A stretch of 32,000 nucleotides of DNA from an uncultured Chloroflexia bacterium (GTDB lineage: Bacteria > Chloroflexota > Ktedonobacteria > Ktedonobacterales > JADMIN01): positions 210,001 to 242,000 of the forward strand of contig CAVRAI010000015.1 of the NCBI GenBank assembly GCA_963718915.1, given 5' to 3'. The notes under the pieces were generated by a model. That model did not search any database. It was not told the origin of the DNA and saw only the letters and a list, made by a program, of their open reading frames with translations. Below are positions 1 to 9,196 of the stretch, piece after piece (the first letter of the stretch is position 1; each line of letters opens with the position of its first letter). Position numbers and translations under genes: made by a program.

Positions 1-124
1 GGTCGTTCGATTCTAGCAGTAATGCAGTGATTCGGCAAGTTGTATAGGTCGCTCCATCGAGTGATTGTTAAAGGTTCGGTCGCCAGCCGCTGATTCGCCT
101 GTCGCCGGAAACGGACGCCATATG

Positions 125-1540
125 CTACGAGCCATGCGGCGAATTATCAGGTCGGGCGCGCTCCTGGGGAGAGAGCCAGAGCGAGACGTGTGCGGGCTGC
201 ATTGTGGAATCTACCGTGGTTAGAAGCTGCTCGGTAAGCTCGCTCAGATCGACGCTGCCGCGCAATGTGCTGCTGAAGGCGGCGATAGTGTGGGCCGCGT
301 CGTATGTGCGGCGGTAGAAGCGGCGGTCGATGACCGACTGAATGCGACGGCGTAGCGGCTGGAAGAGCGCGGCAATCAGCAGAGTCGAGACGACGATCAC
401 CGGCGTGCTGTTCTGGTGGCCTGTCAGGTCGCGCGCCAGCGTCTCAAGCAGCACGACACTCCCAAAGTAGAGCGCGGCAAGAACGCCAGTCAAAAGGCCA
501 TAGACCAGCGTGCGATTGATGAGGGCGTCAATATCCCAGAGCTGTGAGCGCAGAATCGCAACCGCGAATGAGAGCGGAATAAATGCCACCAGCACTGTCT
601 GGATGACGTTACCCACCATATAGACGAGCGCGCCTGCCTTGAAGAAGATTGTCAGCACGACGTAGAGCACGATGATCTCAAGCAGGACGCCGCCGAGACC
701 TACAACCATCCCATAGACCACCCACTTCGTCTGCTGGCGCTCGCGTGGTGTGGAGACCCGGCGATAGCGCACAATCTGCGCGATAACCAGGGTGGACTCC
801 AGGAGTAGAAACAGGATGAAGGACAGGACGGCTATCACCGGTATGCCATTCGTCACGACGGGCGACGCAAAGATATCCGCTGCCCAGTAGATGACTCCGA
901 TGACAAAGACCCAGCGCATCCAGCGGGGAGCAAAGCTGCCGCTTGGAAAGAGATAGAAGACCAGGCTGATGCAGATGTCGCCGCCGAACTGAAGCGTGTT
1001 GACCGCGAATTGCCACGAGGTCGGCAGCGCTATCAGGTTGACGTTGTTGATGGCGATTGGCCCCAGCAGCAACGTATAGGCAACCAGCAGCGCCACGCGA
1101 TTATCCGCCCTGCGCAGAAAAATGATGAGGGCGACGACCGCAAAGATGAGCCATGAGATGAGTGAGAGTGCGACGGTGAAATGCGCGTAGGCGTCGAGCG
1201 AAAGCCCAAGGGCGATGAGATCGCTGCCATTGGCGCTGGCGGTCAGCTGGCCGCCGAAATCTGGCGCATCGCTGGTGGGCAGCACATGATGGAGCGCGGC
1301 GAAGTAGGGTGGAATGCTGGCAAGGGTGAGTCCGAGCGTCGCAATAGCCAGCACGATCCAGCCGATCTGCGCCAGGTGCAGCCAGAATGTCGAACGCTGG
1401 AGTAATCTCGCCTTCATCGGATGTGCGCTCGTTTCTTCGCCAGTGAGTTGCGCGTAGTGTACCGCGTTTAGGGTGTTGTGTGACTCAGTATACGGATGCA
1501 CCGTTACGGCACCGTTACGGGAATTCCTCACCATCGGCAA
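125..1540 (-). CDS. Polytopic integral membrane protein (about 10 hydrophobic spans) with a C-terminal cytoplasmic helical tail; function unknown
   Basis: 471-aa ORF with many hydrophobic segments (WIVLAIATLGLTLASIPPYF, LISWLIFAVVALIIF, VLLEIIVLYVVLTIFF, LLTGVLAALYFGSVVLL). The C-terminal soluble segment is FQPLRRRIQSVIDRRFYRRTYDA...LWLS. The first 41 codons are not hydrophobic, so ATG at 1417 (MKARLLQR) is a plausible alternative start. Confidence 0.7.
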   Translation of the reverse strand: MPMVRNSRNGAVTVHPYTESHNTLNAVHYAQLTGEETSAHPMKARLLQRSTFWLHLAQIGWIVLAIATLGLTLASIPPYFAALHHVLPTSDAPDFGGQLTASANGSDLIALGLSLDAYAHFTVALSLISWLIFAVVALIIFLRRADNRVALLVAYTLLLGPIAINNVNLIALPTSWQFAVNTLQFGGDICISLVFYLFPSGSFAPRWMRWVFVIGVIYWAADIFASPVVTNGIPVIAVLSFILFLLLESTLVIAQIVRYRRVSTPRERQQTKWVVYGMVVGLGGVLLEIIVLYVVLTIFFKAGALVYMVGNVIQTVLVAFIPLSFAVAILRSQLWDIDALINRTLVYGLLTGVLAALYFGSVVLLETLARDLTGHQNSTPVIVVSTLLIAALFQPLRRRIQSVIDRRFYRRTYDAAHTIAAFSSTLRGSVDLSELTEQLLTTVDSTMQPAHVSLWLSPQERARPDNSPHGS

Positions 1541-1645
1541 CAGGAAGGCGGTGTAGCGTGTATATCGCTCGGCGAAGAGAAAGAAGCCCCTCCCACTCTC
1601 TCCACGCCGAGAGAATAAGGAGAGGCTTCGTGTGTTCTGGGTGTG

Positions 1646-3292
1646 TTATCCGACGGTCGCGGGCACGGGTTCCTCCGTGGGCGTTTCGCTGGTGGCCATC
1701 GGGCGGTTACGGCCCGGCAGGAGCAGCGACATCGCCAGCAGGATGAACGAGCCGAAGAAGATCAGCCAGAAGATGCTCTGGATGGCCGCAGTCCCCGCCT
1801 GGACGCCAATCTGTGTCTCGATGGCGCGTAGTATCGGCGCTAGCGCGGGATTGCTCGGGTTGAGCGCGCCCGCTCCCTGGCCCGCCGCTGCCTGCAACTG
1901 CGTGAGAAGATTGGTTGCCTGCGAGCGCGTGTTGTCGATCAGCACCGTCGTCAGGATGGCCACGCCGATGGACGAGAAGATGAACTTGGTGGACATGACC
2001 AGCGACGATGCTTTGGCGAGCGCCTCGCCCTTCAGCGCTTCGAGCGCGAGCGTCTGCACCGAGATGGCGATCATGGCGAACCCTACCCCAATCAGGAGCA
2101 GCGGCCAGCGCACGTCCGCGGCGGCGGCGGTCGCCGGAATCGCGGCATGAGTCTGAACGGAGGCGAGGATCTGGCGGCCATCCGCTGTCGTGTGAATGAT
2201 CTGGGTCAGCAGCCACGCGCTCGCAATCGAGATGGCCGCGCCACCAAAGACAACCCAGCGTGGCCCAACGGCACGGTAGAGCGCGGCGGCAATAATGGTG
2301 CCGAGCAACGTGCCCGCGCCCAGCGGCGCCATCGCCACGCCAGTATCGAGCGCCGAGAGATTCGGCAGGTGAATGGCTTCGAGGTAGAGTGGCAGCAAGA
2401 CCAGCAGACCGAACGTGATGAGCGCCGCCGTCCAGCTGATCAGGTTGCTAATCAGGAAGTCGCGCCGGGCGAACTGGCGCAGGTCCAGCGCGGGATCGCG
2501 GCTGATGCGGAGCGAGTAGAAGGCGAAGATTACCAGCGCCACCGCGCCGCCGCCTATGAGCGCCCAGACTGGCCAGTAGCCCCAGCCGTAGAGATCGCCA
2601 CCCGGATTCGCCGCGGTGACGGTGTCGGGATTGGTCGTCGCAACCAGCTTCAGCCCGTAGAGTATGGCGATGATACCAAGCGTCGAGAGGCCCAGGCCAA
2701 CGTAGTCGAACCGGCCAACGGATCGATCGGCGGCGCTATCAGCGGGCAAGACCAGCAGCGCCAGCAGTATCGCGATGATGCACACAGGCAGGTTGACGAC
2801 GAAAATGCTATGCCAGTCGAAGGTGTCGGTCAGGTAGCCACCGAGAATTGGGCCAAATACCGGCGCGAACAGGATTGGAATGGCGATCAGGGCGCTGGCC
2901 CGCGCGCGCTGCTCCTGCGGGAACTGGTCGAATGCCACCGCCGTCCCGATGGGGAGCAGCATGCCGCCGCCGATGCCCTGCACTACGCGGAAGGCGATCA
3001 GCCAGCCGATGCCAGGTGAGATGGCGCACAACAGCGAGCCAATCGTGAAGATGGAAAGGCCTGCGATAAAGATGCGCTTGCGCCCGAAGCGGCTCGCCAG
3101 ATAGCCACCGACGGCGACGACGGAGGCGTTTGCCAGAAAGAACCCGGTGACGATCCACTGAGCGGTGTTGATGTCTGTATGTAGGTCGTCGCGAATTGGG
3201 TTGAGTGCGACGGTAACGATGGTGGTGTCCAGCACGACGGGAATCAGTCCCAGTGCGGCCACTATGGCGATGAGATAGCGATTGCGCCTCAT
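1646..3292 (-). CDS. MFS transporter, DHA2 (EmrB/QacA-like, 14-TMS) drug:H+ antiporter family
   Basis: 548-aa ORF. The N-terminal region LDTTIVTVALNPIRDDL...AQWIVTGFFLANASVVAVGGYLASRFGRKRIFIAGL and the motif VVQGIGGGMLLP are typical of the EmrB/QacA subfamily. About 14 hydrophobic spans. GGAGGGAG Shine-Dalgarno lies just upstream of the ATG at 3292 (minus strand). Confidence 0.9.
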   Translation of the reverse strand: MRRNRYLIAIVAALGLIPVVLDTTIVTVALNPIRDDLHTDINTAQWIVTGFFLANASVVAVGGYLASRFGRKRIFIAGLSIFTIGSLLCAISPGIGWLIAFRVVQGIGGGMLLPIGTAVAFDQFPQEQRARASALIAIPILFAPVFGPILGGYLTDTFDWHSIFVVNLPVCIIAILLALLVLPADSAADRSVGRFDYVGLGLSTLGIIAILYGLKLVATTNPDTVTAANPGGDLYGWGYWPVWALIGGGAVALVIFAFYSLRISRDPALDLRQFARRDFLISNLISWTAALITFGLLVLLPLYLEAIHLPNLSALDTGVAMAPLGAGTLLGTIIAAALYRAVGPRWVVFGGAAISIASAWLLTQIIHTTADGRQILASVQTHAAIPATAAAADVRWPLLLIGVGFAMIAISVQTLALEALKGEALAKASSLVMSTKFIFSSIGVAILTTVLIDNTRSQATNLLTQLQAAAGQGAGALNPSNPALAPILRAIETQIGVQAGTAAIQSIFWLIFFGSFILLAMSLLLPGRNRPMATSETPTEEPVPATVG

Positions 3293-3598
3293 GGCAGTGT
3301 TCTCCCTCCTCTAGAATGACGCACCGCTCGCCACCTGGAGTGTAGCGCGGCTTGCGGTGGAAGCTGTTCATAGCTGCATCGTAGCCGCCTCAGGCGGTGG
3401 TGTCCCCATGCGGAAGGATGGTTGAGAGGATGGTTTTCGAAGATGGGCTGGTGTGGTGGGCTGGCCCCTGAGTTGAGGTCATACGAGAGTGCGGCATAAG
3501 TCAACCGCAACGTTGGAACGGACAATGCGGTTGTTATTTAAGAGATGGTTGGGACAGCGCGTAGCAGATTTGTATTCACATGAGAAGGGCAGACAAAC

Positions 3599-3970
3599 AT
3601 GGATTGGAAGCTCGAACTGGTGGCGATCCCTGTATCGGATGTGGATCGGGCGAAAGCGTTTTATACCGAGAAGGCCGGATTCCATGCGGATCACGATTAT
3701 CAGGTGAGTGAGGGACTTCGGTTCGTGCAGTTGACCCCGCCAGGGTCGGCGTGCTCGATTGCCATCGGCGAAGGCATCACCGAGGCGGCGCCAGGCTCTG
3801 TGCAGGGCATGCAGATCGTGGTATCAGACATCGACGCCGCACGCACGGAACTGCTTGAGCGTGGCGTGGAGGTCGGCGACGTGCAGGATTTCCCCTGGGG
3901 TAAGTTTGTCTTCTTCAACGATCCAGATGGCAATCGTTGGGCAGTGCAGGCGATCCCTCCCCGCTCCTGA
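3599..3970 (+). CDS. VOC (glyoxalase/bleomycin-resistance/dioxygenase) superfamily protein
   Basis: 123-aa ORF. It has a typical VOC beta-alpha-beta-beta-beta pattern: LELVAIPVSDVDRAKAFYTEKAGF ... VVSDIDAARTELLERGVEV ... FFNDPDGNRWAVQ. Confidence 0.85.
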   Translation: MDWKLELVAIPVSDVDRAKAFYTEKAGFHADHDYQVSEGLRFVQLTPPGSACSIAIGEGITEAAPGSVQGMQIVVSDIDAARTELLERGVEVGDVQDFPWGKFVFFNDPDGNRWAVQAIPPRS

Positions 3971-3992
3971 GGTCGAGGCGCGGGCTATGCGC

Positions 3993-6900
3993 TCAGGCGA
4001 TCAGCCGTAGCTCGCGGGCGCGCGCCACTGCCTGCATCCGGCCACGGACGCCCAGCTTGCGGTAGATGTGCGCGACGTGCCACTTGACGGTGCTAAGCGC
4101 GAGCACCAGATCGCCCGCAATCTCCTCATTCGAGCGCCCCGTCGCCAGCAGCCGCAACACGTCTGCCTCGCGTGGCGATAGGACGTCTAGCGGACTAATA
4201 AGCGTGGGAACATCAACGGTGCGGCCAAACGCCACCAGCAGCCCGCGCGCATGCTCGCGTTCGCGTGATGATGCGATTGACGCTGGCTTGCTGGCCAGGT
4301 AGTGCGCCAGCAGGTCGGCCATGACCTCGCCTTCGTCGAGGAAGACGCGCACGAATCCTTCAGGCGCGCCGATGGTAAGGGCGCCGTGTAACATGCAGGT
4401 CGCCGTTTCGGTATCGCCAGCCAGCCAGCTTGCCAGCGCCAGCAGCATCCGCGCCTCCATCAGATTGCGCCACTGCCCGGTGTCATTCGCCCGTTGCGCC
4501 ACTTGCTCCATGAGGGCGCTGGCCGCGTCGATTTCCCCCCTAGCCAGCAGGACACGGGCTATGGAGAGGTCTTCGAGGTCATTCATAAACGCCAGCGGCG
4601 CCGTCGGACCGGGATCACCTTGCTGGCGGCTGCGCAGACGCCCCTCGGCCCAGCGGCTCGCCTCGTCCAGCTTGCCGGACGCGATCAGCACGCGGGCGCG
4701 CACGATTTCCATCTGATTGAGATCCCAGGGCGCCAGTTGCCTCATTTGTACCATCGTGCGAATCCGTTCGAGGGTGGTTAGCGCCTCGTCATAGCGGCCG
4801 CGCGCATAGAGCACCTGCGCCAGATAGTTCAGTCCATCGTTGATGTACTCCGGGCTGCCCGTGTCTTCGCTGATGGCCACCGCGCGCCGCAGCAGGGTTT
4901 CGGCGGTGTCGAGTTCGTTCCATTCGCGGCGAATCTCGCCATGGATGCAATAGCTCATCGCAGCAAGCGGTATATCCTCATCCGGCAGCATCCGCAGCGC
5001 CTCGGCGCAGACCTGCGCGGCCTCGCGGAGCCGACACTGGTAGACGAGCGCGCTCGCTTTCGTGACCAGCGCGATAAACGCCACCAGCATATTGCCACCA
5101 CGGCGGCTGTCTTCGGCTACCTCGCCAATGGTGCGCTCAGCCTCGGCGAGATTGCCCTCACCAAAGACGCCAATAACATGGCTAATCCAGAGTGTCAAAG
5201 CGCGTAACAGTCGGTCGCTCGGCGGTAATTGCAGCAATGCTTCCTGCGCCTGCGTCGCGCCACCCAGAATGTCACCCGACCAGAGCGCCAGAAACGAGCG
5301 GACCGCAGCAAATTCGCCACGGATATTGGCCGGTAGGCCATCCTTCCCGCCATAGCGCTTTTCCAGGGCATCCAGCCACGCGACGGCGTCAGGCTCCTCG
5401 CCCTGCAAGAGCAGCGCCACGGCAAAGAGCAGGCAGAGGTGCGGATGAGCCAGGATGACATCGCGTGGCAGCGAGCGCCCCCATCGTGCCATCCCCGCCA
5501 CCTCGCCGTGCAGCACCAGGCGGTCGCTCTCCTGTTCGATGTGCGCCGCCGCCTCCGCGAACAATCCGGCGGCCAGCAGATGGCGGATAGCGTCGTCGGG
5601 CATGCCATGCTGCCAGAGCCAGTCTGCCGCGCGCTCGTGGCACTGTTTCACGCTCTCGGGCATTCGCCGCTCCAGCCGCTCGCGCAATACCTCGGCGAAG
5701 AGATGGTGATAGCGATACCAGGTCTGCGCGGCGTCGAGCGGGGTGACGAAGAGTTGCTCCTGCGTCAGCTGCGCGAGCAAGACGGCGCTGTCGTTACGTC
5801 CCGTCACGGCGTCGCAGAGCGGGCCGGTCAGGCGCTCCAGCGGCGAGGTCAGCAGCAGAAACGCCTGGATGTCGTCGGGCTGGCGCTCCAGCACCTCGTC
5901 TATCAGGAACTCGGCGATGTAGCGTGGCGTCGCGGAGCCATCGGTCGCGAGATTGGGGACACCCTGCTGGTTGCGCAGCGAGAGCGCGGCGAGTTGCAGG
6001 CCAGCCACCCAGCCTTCTGTGCGCTCTTCGAGATGCGCCAGTTGCTCCGGCGGCAGGGTGACGCGCATCGTCTCGCGCATGAAGCGGCCTGCTTCGTCCG
6101 CCGAAAAGCGCAGATCGGCGGCGTCTAGCTCGGCAATGCGGCCCTGGGCACGGAGCCGCGCCATCGGAAATGCGGGCGTGGAGCGTGTCGCGACCAGCAG
6201 ATGGAGCATGGCCGGCGCGTGCTCGACCAGGAAGACCAGCCCCTGGTCAATGGCTGGCGTCGCCGCGCGGTGGTAGTCGTCAAGCACGAGCAGGATGGGC
6301 GTCTTGGCGGCGGCCAGGTCGTTGATGAGGACAGTCAGCATCCGCTCGATGGGCGCTGGCCGGGGGAGTTCGAGCATGTGGCGGGCGGTGGCGCTGATGT
6401 CGGGCTGCGCGCCGTCCAACGCGGCGAGCGTATATTGCCAGAAGCGGGTGGGATCCTGTTCAGACTCTTCCAGGCTGACCCAGGCAACCCCCCAGCCCTG
6501 TTGCCGGACCTGCTCGCTCGTCATCATCAGCAGGGTGGTCTTGCCAAAGCCAGCGGGCGCGGCGATGATGGCGCAGGGGCGCTCGACGGCTTCGAGGCAG
6601 CGGGCCATCACCCCCGGGCGCGCCATGAGTGATGGCGTCGCGACCGGCGTGGCGATTTTGGTGGCGATCAGCGGCGAGAGCCAGGCGTCCGCGACGTTTT
6701 CCCGTTCGCGCTTGTCACCGTTCGCGCCCAGCTTTGCCATCTCGGCCAGTGCGCGCGCCGCCTCGTCCAGCCGCTCGGTGGTCAGCTCGACGGAGCGGCC
6801 AAGATAGGTCTTGCGCAGCGTGCCGTCTTGTCGGCGATAGGCATACCAGAAGTGGCTGCCGGAGCGCTCCTCCTGCCGCGCGGTGAAGCGTCCCGCCGCG

Positions 6901-7025
6901 CCGCGATAGGCGAACGACCGCGCCTCGTCCAGCCAGTCGAACCAGTCCGCCGTTCCTACTGGTATTGGCGGGTCGGCTGGGCTTGTCATGAGTATCCCAT
7001 CGCGAACGGTTGGCAGTCGTGTCAT
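3993..7025 (-). CDS. Large ATP-binding LuxR-family regulator (MalT/LAL-type STAND NTPase + TPR-like helical repeats + C-terminal LuxR HTH)
   Basis: ORF 3993..7112. Walker A is AAPAGFGKTTLL and Walker B is ILLVLDDYH. The C-terminal HTH is LSPREADVLRLLATGRSNEEIAGDLVLALSTVKWHVAHIYRKLGV. The N-terminal approximately 110-aa module contains WFDWLDE...FAYRG..GRFTARQEER..SHFWYAYRR. The start is placed at ATG 7025 (MTRLPTV), which is preceded by GGGGGA. The upstream TTG/ATG at 7112 is less likely. Confidence 0.9.
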   Translation of the reverse strand: MTRLPTVRDGILMTSPADPPIPVGTADWFDWLDEARSFAYRGAAGRFTARQEERSGSHFWYAYRRQDGTLRKTYLGRSVELTTERLDEAARALAEMAKLGANGDKRERENVADAWLSPLIATKIATPVATPSLMARPGVMARCLEAVERPCAIIAAPAGFGKTTLLMMTSEQVRQQGWGVAWVSLEESEQDPTRFWQYTLAALDGAQPDISATARHMLELPRPAPIERMLTVLINDLAAAKTPILLVLDDYHRAATPAIDQGLVFLVEHAPAMLHLLVATRSTPAFPMARLRAQGRIAELDAADLRFSADEAGRFMRETMRVTLPPEQLAHLEERTEGWVAGLQLAALSLRNQQGVPNLATDGSATPRYIAEFLIDEVLERQPDDIQAFLLLTSPLERLTGPLCDAVTGRNDSAVLLAQLTQEQLFVTPLDAAQTWYRYHHLFAEVLRERLERRMPESVKQCHERAADWLWQHGMPDDAIRHLLAAGLFAEAAAHIEQESDRLVLHGEVAGMARWGRSLPRDVILAHPHLCLLFAVALLLQGEEPDAVAWLDALEKRYGGKDGLPANIRGEFAAVRSFLALWSGDILGGATQAQEALLQLPPSDRLLRALTLWISHVIGVFGEGNLAEAERTIGEVAEDSRRGGNMLVAFIALVTKASALVYQCRLREAAQVCAEALRMLPDEDIPLAAMSYCIHGEIRREWNELDTAETLLRRAVAISEDTGSPEYINDGLNYLAQVLYARGRYDEALTTLERIRTMVQMRQLAPWDLNQMEIVRARVLIASGKLDEASRWAEGRLRSRQQGDPGPTAPLAFMNDLEDLSIARVLLARGEIDAASALMEQVAQRANDTGQWRNLMEARMLLALASWLAGDTETATCMLHGALTIGAPEGFVRVFLDEGEVMADLLAHYLASKPASIASSREREHARGLLVAFGRTVDVPTLISPLDVLSPREADVLRLLATGRSNEEIAGDLVLALSTVKWHVAHIYRKLGVRGRMQAVARARELRLIA

Positions 7026-7338
7026 CGTATCCCCCACTTTTGGGTAACTTTGGGTAGCCAGAGATATGATAGCACGCGAGGCAGAAAGAACAAGCGGATG
7101 TTGGACGGACATGTTGGGGCGCCGCGCCGTGGCCTAAAGCGCCACGGCTAATCCTGGTGCAACCATTCCCGCTTGCCATCGGAAGAGAGCGCCGAACCAG
7201 CGGGGTTAGCCGCAGGTCTTCAGCCTGCGGCGTGGGGTTACCAGCACGCCCCTCCCACAATCGTCCGCTCTCGCGTATACTACGGGTATATCGCGTGTCG
7301 CTCGCTTCACCTGATTCACTTCTTGAGGAGGCTGTCAC

Positions 7339-8487
7339 ATGGCCAACGCCCTGCCGATCTTTGTCAGCCACAGCCACGAGGATGCCGCCTTCTGCCAGGC
7401 GCTGGTGACGGCGCTCCGTGGCGCGGGCGCCGATGTCTGGTATGACGAGCACAATCTAGGCGCGGGCCATCTGATGGACGTCATTCAGCAGGAGCTTGAT
7501 CGCCGCAAAATCTTCATTGTCATCCTCTCGAAGCGCGCCTTCGCCTCCAAATGGGTCAAGCGTGAGACGGGCTGGGCATACTCGCTCTACGACCGCGACC
7601 CCACCCGCGTCATCTTGCCCGTGACGGCTGCCACCATCGAGCGCGACGACTTTAGCGGCGCGACCGGCTGGCTCTACCTGGAGGAGTTCAAGCGGATCGA
7701 GGCGCCAGGCTACCAGCCGTACCCGCAGGCCGAGGCGGTGGGCCGCGTGCTCCATGCACTTGCGCTGACCCCAGCAGGCGAGGCGCCTGCCCCAACTGCT
7801 CCACAGCCGAGCGAGAGTGTTGACGACCTACTGACCAAGGGCAAAGCGCTCATGGCACAGCACAAGGTGACAGAACCGATGCGGTTCTTTGAACGGGCCA
7901 CCGAGATTGATCCAAACAATTTCGACGCCTGGGCAAACCTGGGTCGTCTCTATCTGTGGGACGGACAGACGCAGCGGGGGCTTGATGCCATTGACCGGGC
8001 ACTCACCTTGCGTGACAACGATCCCTATATCTGGTTTTATCGAGGGCAGAGTATGTTCGGTCTGCAACGCTATGAGGAGGCGCTCGCGTCGTTTGACCAT
8101 GCACTAGCCCTGAACCTAGAGGCTGAAGAGGCTCCGAAACACCCGTTTTCCCGTGTCTATCTCTGGTACCACAAGGCTATTGCTTATGAGAAGTTGCAGC
8201 GCTACGAAGAGGCTTTGGATGCTTACGATCGCCAGCTGGCGAGCGATGACCACTACCGAGTTGACAATAGGCTTTGGTTCGGCAAAGGGCGTGCGCTCAT
8301 AAGCTTAAGGCGCTACAAAGAGGCGCTCGAAGCTATCGAGAACGCGAGTCGGGGTCTGTTTCTGTATCCCGGGGCCGACAAGCTAGAATTAGAATACTAC
8401 CGAGACAGAGCAATTGCTCTGCGCGGATTAGGACGAACTCGTGAAGCGAAGGAGGCTGAGGCGCGTGCGAAGGCACTGGGCGGGTAG
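7339..8487 (+). CDS. TIR-domain protein fused to C-terminal TPR repeats
   Basis: 382-aa ORF with GAGGAGG Shine-Dalgarno upstream. The N-terminus, IFVSHSHEDAAFCQALVTALRGAGADVWYDEHNLGAGHLMDVIQQELDRRKIFIVILSKRAFASKWVKRE, matches the TIR_2-type pattern (IF(V/I)S(H/Y)s..D...a..L...L...G..VW.D ... S.WV..E). The C-terminal half holds about 6 TPR-like 34-aa units (DAWANLGRLYLWDGQTQRGLDAIDRAL, YIWFYRGQSMFGLQRYEEALASFDHAL, and others). Confidence 0.85.
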   Translation: MANALPIFVSHSHEDAAFCQALVTALRGAGADVWYDEHNLGAGHLMDVIQQELDRRKIFIVILSKRAFASKWVKRETGWAYSLYDRDPTRVILPVTAATIERDDFSGATGWLYLEEFKRIEAPGYQPYPQAEAVGRVLHALALTPAGEAPAPTAPQPSESVDDLLTKGKALMAQHKVTEPMRFFERATEIDPNNFDAWANLGRLYLWDGQTQRGLDAIDRALTLRDNDPYIWFYRGQSMFGLQRYEEALASFDHALALNLEAEEAPKHPFSRVYLWYHKAIAYEKLQRYEEALDAYDRQLASDDHYRVDNRLWFGKGRALISLRRYKEALEAIENASRGLFLYPGADKLELEYYRDRAIALRGLGRTREAKEAEARAKALGG

Positions 8488-8494
8488 AGGGTGC

Positions 8495-8697
8495 GGGCGG
8501 TTCAAACCGCGCCTCTTTGACCTCACTCCGTTTGGCCACAAAACCCGCCTGCGCGGGTTTCAGAGACCCGCTCACCATTGGATTCATCATCAGGACAGGT
8601 TCTGGGGAGTCCGCGCAGGCGGACTTCGTGGCGGAGCGGAGCGAGGCCATTTAGGCGCGACTTCAGTCGCCAGCCGTGTGGCGTGTCCCTCCTGTTC
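8495..8697. repeat. Hairpin-rich dispersed repeat element (MITE/REP-like), copy A
   Basis: It shares three blocks with 27869-28130. Block 1 is gggcggttcaaaccgcgcct (8495-8514 = 27869-27888). Block 2 is gccacaaaacccgcctgcgcgggtttcag (8535-8563 = 27917-27945). Block 3 is agtccgcgcagg...gcggacttcgtggc (8608-8632). A similar 3' tail follows. Internal hairpins are aaacccgc/gcgggttt and gtccgc/gcggac. It lies between convergent genes. Confidence 0.65.
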
Positions 8698-8710
8698 ATC
8701 CAAACCCGCA

Positions 8711-9148
8711 TTATCCGCCCGCGCTCCCCGCGTCGCTGTCGGCAGGCGGCGTTTCGGGCATGGCGGCGGCGCGGATGGCGGCCAGTAGCTCGGCAATGCG
8801 TACCGGCTTGTCGAGATAGGCGGCTGCGCCCGCGTTGAGCGCGAGCACCTTCACATTAGGGTCGGCGTAGGCGCTGAGGATGATCACTTTGGTATCGGGC
8901 AGCAGCGCGCGCAGGTCTTTGAGCACCAACCGTTTCGAGATGAAGCGCGTGTCTCCGGTGATGATGTCCATATCCAGCAGCAGCACATCCGGGCACAGGC
9001 GCTCGACCGCCTCGATGACCTCGCTCCCGCTGGCGGCCTCGCCGACAACGCTCATATCCGACTGCCTCGCGAGCGCGCGCCGCAGAATGGCGCGCATGGC
9101 CTGCGTGCCCTCGGCAATCAGTATGGAAATGGTGGCGTTCTCGCTCAT
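8711..9148 (-). CDS. Stand-alone response-regulator receiver (CheY-like) protein
   Basis: ORF 8711..9190. The start is placed at ATG 9148 (MSENATISILIAEG). REC pattern: ILIAEG...PDVLLLDMDI...VIILSAY...LNAGAAAYLDKP. No output domain is present. Confidence 0.85.
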   Translation of the reverse strand: MSENATISILIAEGTQAMRAILRRALARQSDMSVVGEAASGSEVIEAVERLCPDVLLLDMDIITGDTRFISKRLVLKDLRALLPDTKVIILSAYADPNVKVLALNAGAAAYLDKPVRIAELLAAIRAAAMPETPPADSDAGSAGG

Positions 9149-9196
9149 GGTCAACCAGACCTCATTAACGAATGCTCGTCTGCTGACCACATGATA

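Noticed and set aside
1-124. tRNA-like string ggtcgttcgattc at the window start, and a possible partial gene
   Set aside because: No cloverleaf can be built: the T-stem does not pair, and there is no acceptor or anticodon arm. The segment is too short to call anything.
1632-3104. Forward-strand ORFs (1632..2150, 2147..3019, 2880..3104 and others) opposite the MFS transporter gene
   Set aside because: They are Arg/Ala/Gly/Pro-rich translations typical of antisense shadow ORFs in G+C-rich DNA. The minus-strand frame carries clear MFS motifs.
4066-6886. Many 80-230-aa forward ORFs inside the LuxR/STAND gene
   Set aside because: They are low-complexity antisense shadows. The minus-strand 1039-aa frame has Walker A/B and LuxR HTH motifs.
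8495-8697. Possible CRISPR array, because of the repeated palindromic units
   Set aside because: There is no regular repeat-spacer periodicity. The blocks differ from one another, and the second copy is 19 kb away. No cas genes are present in the window.
8441-8788. ORFs crossing repeat copy A (8441..8788 +, 8333..8650 -, 8523..8711 -), and the equivalents over copy B (27764..28210 -, 27832..28323 +, 27906..28598 +)
   Set aside because: They run through hairpin-rich repeat DNA. The peptides they share (ETRAGGFCG, ARFEPP) simply reflect the repeated DNA. They have no SD and an Arg/Gly/Pro-rich composition.
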